Sequence record: MN850645.1
Length of the DNA stretch: 64,000 bases
Strand: one strand, 5' to 3'
DNA from: Escherichia phage outra
Positions 57,670 through 64,000 of the stretch are shown here, piece by piece. Position numbers and translations under genes: made by a program. The notes under the pieces are model-generated. The model saw only the letters and a program-made list of their open reading frames with translations. It searched no databases and had not been told where the DNA came from. The first letter of the stretch is position 1. Each line of letters begins with the position of its first letter.

Positions 57670-57876
57670 GAGTAGTAAGTAAGGTATAAAGAGTATATAG
57701 TTAGTTATAGAGTTAGTAACATTACATATACTCTTTCCATGTATAACATGGAATATTCTCTACCTCGCTATCGCTCGGTATATAAGATTAGGGTAGCATG
57801 TTTTTTACGAAAAGTAAAACTGTTTATACCGATTGATAGCAGGTTTTTAATAGATTCTATCTATGAGGAGTAGAAA

Positions 57877-58095
57877 GTGTACAAATTATATAAAGGAAAA
57901 GATAAGTTTACGGGTAATACATCTGGTTTCTATGTAACACCACGTGGCGTTGCTGTATTTGACTGGATTCCTGGTACTCCAGATCGTGAAATGATCTCTC
58001 TTGTAAAACTGTCGGAACAAGAGTACACTTACGGTGACATTACAACATTCTATTCTCGTGCAGAAAATCCAAAACTGATTGCGGAGTGGGAATAA
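57877..58095 (+). CDS. hypothetical protein
   Basis: 72 aa; GAGGAG RBS. Confidence 0.45.
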   Translation: MYKLYKGKDKFTGNTSGFYVTPRGVAVFDWIPGTPDREMISLVKLSEQEYTYGDITTFYSRAENPKLIAEWE

Positions 58096-58358
58096 TGGTT
58101 ACACGATATGATTTAGAGGTGTACAGCCAAGGTGCTGCTGGTCAATGTGATATTGTACCAGATCCAGAAGGAGACTATGTTCTTCTTGCTGATTACAATA
58201 AGCTAGAAGAAAGGCTTCGGGCTGTGTATGCTAAAGAGAACAAAACAATCTGTCCTTATTGCAGTGGAATGGGTTGGGTGGTTGCAGATGTTGGACAAAT
58301 GTATGAATGTGTACCTTGTAAAACCACAGGCTTTATTGAAAAGGATACTGACAAATGA
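58086..58358 (+). CDS. hypothetical protein (CDIV.DP.G motif plus C-terminal Cys pairs)
   Basis: CPYCSG...CVPC. Confidence 0.4.
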   Translation: MGIMVTRYDLEVYSQGAAGQCDIVPDPEGDYVLLADYNKLEERLRAVYAKENKTICPYCSGMGWVVADVGQMYECVPCKTTGFIEKDTDK

Positions 58359-58603
58359 CTGTAGCAGATAAAATGAGAGAACTGGCAGAAAACGCAGAAC
58401 TTAACAAAGCAAAAGAGAGTTTACAAAGCATCTACGCGTATATTGAAAGAGCAGCTAAAGATGGAGACAGAGAAGCTGCTATATACACGCTTTATCCAAC
58501 TTTCGTAAAAGTTAGCTTGGATGCTGAAGGTTTTTCAACTTTTATTGATACAGAAACATCTCATTACGATGAAAACTTTACTCGAATAGTTATTCGATGG
58601 TAA
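58355..58603 (+). CDS. hypothetical protein
   Basis: 82 aa. Confidence 0.4.
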   Translation: MTVADKMRELAENAELNKAKESLQSIYAYIERAAKDGDREAAIYTLYPTFVKVSLDAEGFSTFIDTETSHYDENFTRIVIRW

Positions 58604-58708
58604 ATTTCTGATATTTATGCGCCCTGGCTACCTGGGCGTAATAAATTCAGCTTATATTTGATCCGCGCCTTCGGCGCTTAGGCAAAGCCACGCCACATAG
58701 GAGAGTTT

Positions 58709-59119
58709 ATGTTCAAATGGTTAAAAGGGTTTCTAACATCTTTGGCAGAACCTAAGCAAGATGTTATTAAAAGCTCTATCACAGGAAAACCGCTTGTTAT
58801 AGTTACAGGCGGCTTTGGTCATGGGTTTTCTCTTAAACAAACAGATATAGGTTTACAGGGATGCTTGATTAGCTTTAGAATCACTCAATTAGGAGATAAT
58901 AGACAAACAATCTTAGACCTTTTCAATGGGGAATTTGATGATTATTTATCTAAGAGTGGTAAAGAACGTCTGATCGAACATATAAAACACCGCTATGAGC
59001 ATGGTGGTTACTACTTAGATACAAAACGTAATGCACAAGGTGATCTTGACATAGTTCGTATAGCGTGGGATAATGAATTTAAAACTAAACTTGGTAAACT
59101 TCTGGAGGAGTTATGGTAA
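58709..59119 (+). CDS. hypothetical protein
   Basis: 136 aa; AGGAGAG RBS; preceded by GC-rich hairpins at 58620-58690. Confidence 0.45.
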   Translation: MFKWLKGFLTSLAEPKQDVIKSSITGKPLVIVTGGFGHGFSLKQTDIGLQGCLISFRITQLGDNRQTILDLFNGEFDDYLSKSGKERLIEHIKHRYEHGGYYLDTKRNAQGDLDIVRIAWDNEFKTKLGKLLEELW

Positions 59120-59295
59120 ATATTAAAACAGGTGATATTGTACGTCTTGCCAGTGAAGAAATGTTAATGACTGTAATGGTATCTACCTATGATACTTGCG
59201 AAGTGGTATGGTTTGATGTTAATGAACAACTACAGAAAGCTACATTTGATAAACGTATGCTTCGTAAAGTTGAAGAAGTGAAGGAGGAAGAATAA
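59113..59295 (+). CDS. hypothetical protein
   Basis: 60 aa. Confidence 0.35.
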   Translation: MVNIKTGDIVRLASEEMLMTVMVSTYDTCEVVWFDVNEQLQKATFDKRMLRKVEEVKEEE

Positions 59296-59296
59296 T

Positions 59297-59509
59297 ATGA
59301 CAATGTTGCTTCGTATGTTTGTGTTTCTTATGTTCTGGATTATCGTTGGTAACGGTATTGTATTTTTGATTTTTCCTGAAGTAATGACAGGTAATGAAAA
59401 TAAGGCAGTGCCTTACATTATGCTTATCGGTTACGGTATTGGTACACTTGGATTACTGTTTGCTGACTGGTTAGTCAATACCTTGTTCTCTAAGTACAGG
59501 AACAACTAA
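59297..59509 (+). CDS. small membrane protein
   Basis: 70 aa, two TM helices. Confidence 0.4.
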   Translation: MTMLLRMFVFLMFWIIVGNGIVFLIFPEVMTGNENKAVPYIMLIGYGIGTLGLLFADWLVNTLFSKYRNN

Positions 59510-59510
59510 T

Positions 59511-59783
59511 ATGTCGGAAAAATTACCTAATGTTTTCTTTTGTTTTGTAGATTGTGTTACACAAGAAATTATAGTTGACGAAGAAGGTATGTTTACTTAT
59601 TTTGCATCTGAAGAAGAGGCAAAACTATCAGCTATGAAATGTATAAGCCAATTGTCAGTACCTGCTGTCAACAGGTTCGGTATTGCACAGGTGTATAAAA
59701 CAGTAACAGAGTTTACACCAGATCGAAAACTAACTTTTCTTAACGTTCACTTTGTTTGTAAGTTTAGTGAACTACGACATTAA
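59511..59783 (+). CDS. hypothetical protein
   Basis: 90 aa. Confidence 0.4.
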   Translation: MSEKLPNVFFCFVDCVTQEIIVDEEGMFTYFASEEEAKLSAMKCISQLSVPAVNRFGIAQVYKTVTEFTPDRKLTFLNVHFVCKFSELRH

Positions 59784-59796
59784 AGCAGGAGTAAAA

Positions 59797-60396
59797 ATGA
59801 AAGAATATTGGAGTGGTGAGAAGGGCTTACTAAAGCCAGGAATGCTTTTGCGAGTAAAGAACATGTTGATCACACAAGATTACATAATGCCTAATCCTGG
59901 AGCATTAGTAGAATTCCTTACTGCGCGAGATCAACCTGGGGTTGGTGAAATGTGGATTGTAACGTGGATATCTCTCGATAGTAAATTGCGCGTTGCTCCT
60001 ATTGACCCAAAACACCTAGAATCTCCTTACGCCAGTATTGATCCTCGGATCATAGATTTGGCTAGAGTTTATAAGGCTAGGACTGGTGTAGAATTAGATG
60101 TAGAAATTTTAAATCAATGTATTGACTTCTTACCTGAAAAAGTGCATAATGCACAACAAGAAGATAGCAGTTTAGAAGTTATTCTTCTGAATGATGGGAT
60201 GTTCTCTGGTTTGGCATCTGTAGATTTTCCAATAACATTAAGATTGTTACCTGGAGAATACGTACTGGATGAAGATACTATTGCTATATCCTCTAAAATT
60301 TTAGAACTCATTCCAGGTGCAAGGTGTGTTGGTGATACATCTTCCTTGCTGTTTACTCTGAATGAAGAAGCCATTATAGTTAAAAAGGAGAAGTAA
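59797..60396 (+). CDS. hypothetical protein
   Basis: Start at Met with GCAGGAG RBS. Confidence 0.45.
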   Translation: MKEYWSGEKGLLKPGMLLRVKNMLITQDYIMPNPGALVEFLTARDQPGVGEMWIVTWISLDSKLRVAPIDPKHLESPYASIDPRIIDLARVYKARTGVELDVEILNQCIDFLPEKVHNAQQEDSSLEVILLNDGMFSGLASVDFPITLRLLPGEYVLDEDTIAISSKILELIPGARCVGDTSSLLFTLNEEAIIVKKEK

Positions 60397-60552
60397 ATGA
60401 TGACGTTTATTGTTGGTGTTGTTGTTGGTTATTTTGGTCACAAGTACCAAGATGTTATCATCGCTAAAGTTGACGAAGTAATCGAAAAATTTAAACACTA
60501 ATTTTCTAAAAGGCTGTACTATTGTGCAGCCTATCTTTCAAAGGAGAGTAAA

Positions 60553-60726
60553 ATGTTCAAAGATACCAATTATAAATGTGTACATTGTGGTAAATCTTTT
60601 GGTGATCACCAAGCTAAAACATTCAATTGTCCACGAAAAGGGCGAGGTAGCTTTAAAGGTTTTAATCCATCCCACGTTTATTCTCCCAACTACGAGAAAC
60701 CAGAAGAAGAAAAATTTGTAATCTGA
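60553..60726 (+). CDS. small zinc-ribbon-like protein
   Basis: 57 aa hand-translated; CVHCGK...FNCPRKG; AAGGAGAG RBS. Confidence 0.35.
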   Translation: MFKDTNYKCVHCGKSFGDHQAKTFNCPRKGRGSFKGFNPSHVYSPNYEKPEEEKFVI

Positions 60727-60735
60727 GGAGGCAAT

Positions 60736-61023
60736 ATGGAACTAGTGCAAGAAGTTTATGAAAAACTGAAAGAAGAGAATCTTGATTGGCCTGAACATGC
60801 TCTTATTGTCGTCAAAGATACTAATGGTGAAATAAAATTCTCAAGTGTAAGTGAAGATGATGTTGTCTTAAGTCCTACAGGATATTATATGAGAGGTGTT
60901 ACGTGTCTATTCAACACCAAAGTGTATCCTGAAATTAAACTTAGTTACGGTGAACCTGATCATCCAGAAATCGTTACACGTAATGAATATGAAAATTATT
61001 ATTTTGCTCGTGAAAGCAAATAA
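60736..61023 (+). CDS. hypothetical protein
   Basis: 95 aa. Confidence 0.45.
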   Translation: MELVQEVYEKLKEENLDWPEHALIVVKDTNGEIKFSSVSEDDVVLSPTGYYMRGVTCLFNTKVYPEIKLSYGEPDHPEIVTRNEYENYYFARESK

Positions 61024-61031
61024 GGAAAACT

Positions 61032-61355
61032 ATGCAAAAAATAAACACTGGTTCTCGTCCTAAACAGAAGCAAACAAAAGCAAGGGTATCTTATGTTGAC
61101 AACTCTTGTTATAATTTCAAAAATGTTAAAGAAGTTATCATTGATGAAAAAGAAGGTTTGATTCACATTTCATCTGAACGTTTGAAAGGTAGTGTTACTC
61201 TTCGTGAGAATGTATCTATACCTATGAAAGTTGTGGCTACACTCTGTGTTGATAAACCAGATGTTGTTAACTACTATGTGTTCCGTGATAGTTGTATTTC
61301 ATTACATAATAAGATTTTTAAATCTTCGCACGTTAAAACAAAACACATTGTATAA
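61032..61355 (+). CDS. hypothetical protein
   Basis: 107 aa; followed by terminator. Confidence 0.45.
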   Translation: MQKINTGSRPKQKQTKARVSYVDNSCYNFKNVKEVIIDEKEGLIHISSERLKGSVTLRENVSIPMKVVATLCVDKPDVVNYYVFRDSCISLHNKIFKSSHVKTKHIV

Positions 61356-61360
61356 CACAT

Positions 61361-61390
61361 AAACCCGCTTCGGCGGGTTTTCTTGTATGT
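61361..61390 (+). terminator. Rho-independent terminator (near-identical copy of the one at 34619)
   Basis: aaacccgcttcggcgggttttcttgtat. Confidence 0.7.
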
Positions 61391-61440
61391 GTGTTCTTTA
61401 TTTGTTATAAGTATTCTTAGCATAAACAATAGGAGGTATT

Positions 61441-61662
61441 ATGTCTGTAGTTGTAGAAGGTAGTATTGGTTTCTTAGTAGATAACCCTCACCCTTTCGTG
61501 GTTAAGGTTCATATTCAAGAAAAGGTAAGCAACAATACGTGGTTGTGCTTGTTAGATAGTAAGATACACTCTTATACAGAGGTTTATCTTCACACTTGGC
61601 AAATTGGTACGATAACAGCAGAGGATGAATTGATAATTGAATTATATGAACGAGATCTATAG
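61441..61662 (+). CDS. hypothetical protein, last plus-strand gene
   Basis: 73 aa; AGGAGG RBS; terminator 61741-61775. Confidence 0.45.
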   Translation: MSVVVEGSIGFLVDNPHPFVVKVHIQEKVSNNTWLCLLDSKIHSYTEVYLHTWQIGTITAEDELIIELYERDL

Positions 61663-61740
61663 ATGACTTTACTAGAGAGTATCGTAGTGTTAATCATCTT
61701 TATCATTGTTGTCATAGGATATTTTACAGAAGACTAAAAT

Positions 61741-61775
61741 AAAGCCCCTAGAAGCGATTCTAGGGGCTTTTGTTT
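61741..61775 (+). terminator. Rho-independent terminator at convergent strand switch
   Basis: aaagcccctagaagcgattctaggggcttttgtttg. Confidence 0.65.
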
Positions 61776-61837
61776 GCATTAGATAGGGAAACGTATTACT
61801 AAAATAAAAAGTGCGTTAGAATGCGTTACAGGAGGTT

Positions 61838-62095
61838 TTAAGAATGCATAAAATCTTCTTCAGGGCAGGTTGAGAGATAAGAGATGCACGTTGGGACAAC
61901 AACAACATTATCTTTAAGGTTTGCAACCAAGCCTTTTGTAATTCCAGCCACTGCCCCGTTAATATCTGCTTGACGGATACCAAAACCTTGTTGTGCGGAT
62001 AGATAACAAAATCCCTCACCTTTCTGTTGATTATTATTGAAGTAATAAACGTAGTGCATCATAAAATGGTCTTTAACGATTTGTTCTGTGGTCAT
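61838..62095 (-). CDS. hypothetical protein
   Basis: 85 aa; GGAG RBS. Confidence 0.4.
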   Translation of the reverse strand: MTTEQIVKDHFMMHYVYYFNNNQQKGEGFCYLSAQQGFGIRQADINGAVAGITKGLVANLKDNVVVVPTCISYLSTCPEEDFMHS

Positions 62096-62139
62096 AATAT
62101 TCTCCTATAAGAAAAGGGGCTTTCGCCCCCTTGGTCAAG

Positions 62140-62952
62140 TTACTTAGTCAAATGATCTTCTATCATTTTTATGAAAGCAGGATTGCTAAAAGCCTCTGCT
62201 GCCTTTTCTCTATAAACAAAGACTCCTCTATCTTCGTAAAGAAGAGTTTCTTCGTAATTAATTCCTGGGTTAACAACAATCATTTTTGTACCCATATTAA
62301 GTGCAGGAAATAATTCCCAATTAAAATTGATAACTTGGTTTGAACATCCTACTACAACAACCAAATCTTGCATGGTCAGAGTATCAAACAAGTAAGCCAT
62401 ATCTGCATACAAAGGTGCAGCCTCGCCAAAAAATACAACATTAGGCTTCACCCAGTTATAATCATCTATGTTTATACTATTGTAACCAATGTCTACCAGT
62501 GTTTTGTAATCTCCAGGATGCATACGGTAAACTACTTCAGGAAGATACCCGTGCACGTGAATAACAGAATCCCTGTCCACACCTGCTCGCTCTAGTAGAT
62601 CATCAACGTTTGTTGTCAAGTTTACTACTTGGTTAGGATATTCCTTAAACCACTTTGCTATTTGAATATGTGCAGCATTAGGTTGTACATCTTTAAGCTC
62701 AACACGTCTTTTGTTATAAAATTCGTGTGTTTTGGCATACAAATCCATACCGTTCTCGTCTACACCACCGACCACTGGAAGATCTGGAGATGTTCTAACA
62801 CGATAACCTGCTTGGAAAGCTCCAATATCGCAGACCTCTTCTAAATCATATTCTTCCCATAAGGCACGACCACTATCTGTGTCTGTTCGGAATGTTCGAA
62901 TCCCACTGTCTGCACTTAAACCTGCGCCACTAACAAAAATTACTCTTCGCAT
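62140..62952 (-). CDS. Sir2-family (sirtuin-like) NAD-dependent protein
   Basis: 270 aa; VIFVSGAGLSADSGIRTFR (GAG..SG.P.FR), NLTTNVDDLLERAG, IHVHG, KPNVVFFGE, LVVVVGCS; terminator hairpin downstream at about 62112-62132. Confidence 0.75.
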   Translation of the reverse strand: MRRVIFVSGAGLSADSGIRTFRTDTDSGRALWEEYDLEEVCDIGAFQAGYRVRTSPDLPVVGGVDENGMDLYAKTHEFYNKRRVELKDVQPNAAHIQIAKWFKEYPNQVVNLTTNVDDLLERAGVDRDSVIHVHGYLPEVVYRMHPGDYKTLVDIGYNSINIDDYNWVKPNVVFFGEAAPLYADMAYLFDTLTMQDLVVVVGCSNQVINFNWELFPALNMGTKMIVVNPGINYEETLLYEDRGVFVYREKAAEAFSNPAFIKMIEDHLTK

Positions 62953-63509
62953 TCAATATCCTCTTCGTAATCATCATCCCAAGAAGATGCGTCGTAACGC
63001 TCTTCCTCTTCGAAATCCCAATTAATTTCTACTCCAAAATCTAAAAACAATTTAACAATGTTTTCTGTAGAATAGTATTTATCATAAGCGTTAGCTAGTT
63101 CCCAATACTTGTCACTCAATTTTTTATAAATAGGATCATTATAGTCATAATCTACTTTATAACCATAGTCATACATCTCTTGTTCAGCTTTAAGCATAGC
63201 TTCTGGTGTAAGAAGATTAGGGAACGGACGATTTCTTTCTTTTAACTTAGAAGCGATCCAGTTTGCAACATTCGCCACTTCACCATCTCGATTATCACCT
63301 AAACAACTTGCATAATCTCCATCTTGGTAAGTGCCTAAATCCCCACTAACTTCATGTACAATACTTGAATACGATCCACACGTTTCACAATCTGAAAAAG
63401 TGTCTACTGTTGTAATATCAATAGATAAAACTGGTAAAGCCATAGCTTCTTTCACACAAGCCTCCTCATATAATAACATATCATCAAAACCCATATATCC
63501 TCCACACAA
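62940..63509 (-). CDS. hypothetical acidic protein
   Basis: 189 aa with D/E/Y-rich C-terminus. Confidence 0.45.
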   Translation of the reverse strand: MCGGYMGFDDMLLYEEACVKEAMALPVLSIDITTVDTFSDCETCGSYSSIVHEVSGDLGTYQDGDYASCLGDNRDGEVANVANWIASKLKERNRPFPNLLTPEAMLKAEQEMYDYGYKVDYDYNDPIYKKLSDKYWELANAYDKYYSTENIVKLFLDFGVEINWDFEEEERYDASSWDDDYEEDIECEE

Positions 63510-63548
63510 ATAAAGCCCCTGATTGGGGCTTTGGTTAAGTTTTACGGA

Positions 63549-63968
63549 TTATACCAGACTTTTAAGGTACTTGTCAAGGGCTTCTTGATCACCTTGACAA
63601 ACATAGCAACGGAAATCTTGAGCCGAGGGTTCTTTGTCCTCGTCCCAATCCCAATAAACAGTACCTTTATAACGTGAACCTGGGAACTCGAAATATGCTG
63701 TATGAGTGATATGATGTGGGCCACCCCAAAACTGTATAAAAGTAAATTGAGGATATGCTGCTTTAACTGTATTTTCAAACCAAGTTTTACGATCTAATGC
63801 TTCGTTTATAAAATAAGCATGGCGTTCCATTTCATCCCAGTTTTTCCAAACGCATTTTTCATCCAGAGAAAAAACAAAATCTTCACTGTTGAATTCATCT
63901 GTATCTTCCAAAATATCATAATCATGTGCACTAGGTATCCACCATCCAGCTTCTAATAGTGCTTTCAC
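63549..63968 (-). CDS. hypothetical protein
   Basis: 139 aa; terminator hairpin downstream at about 63512-63533. Confidence 0.45.
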   Translation of the reverse strand: MKALLEAGWWIPSAHDYDILEDTDEFNSEDFVFSLDEKCVWKNWDEMERHAYFINEALDRKTWFENTVKAAYPQFTFIQFWGGPHHITHTAYFEFPGSRYKGTVYWDWDEDKEPSAQDFRCYVCQGDQEALDKYLKSLV

Positions 63969-64000
63969 GGGTACAAAACCTTTTTCAGCATATTGATCAA

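Overview
Dense, low-GC window with almost no untranslated space except three regulatory islands; the architecture is that of a large virulent enterobacterial-type phage (family not assignable from sequence alone). Layout: (i) a minus-strand block 1-31357 with a primase-helicase, four glycosyltransferase-like genes, a SleB-like hydrolase, a ter-like cluster (TerD, vWA, TelA-like, TerC, macro domain, PRTase-like, HAD-like), an AAA+ ATPase, NrdG/NrdD, a UvrD-like helicase and many small ORFs; (ii) a divergent switch near 31400; (iii) a plus-strand block 31476-61662 with a paralogous AAA+ ATPase, a homing-endonuclease-like ORF and a NADAR-family gene, then an array of about 25 small early-type genes (37850-47780) each preceded by a sigma70-like promoter and a conserved stem-loop, bracketed by two ORF-free AT-rich regions carrying tandem repeats and Fur-box-like dyads, then a tightly packed operon of small genes (49481-61662) with internal paralog families; (iv) a convergent switch near 61750 and a minus-strand block with a Sir2-like gene. 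No tRNA, rRNA or CRISPR array was recognised. Product calls rest on motifs read by eye; several start codons were re-placed at internal Met codons with a Shine-Dalgarno sequence, and coordinates of features read by hand may be off by 1-3 nt. Most promising candidate for a new system: the phage-borne ter-like module together with dispersed macro, NADAR and Sir2 genes, followed by the promoter-stem-loop cassette array of small early genes.
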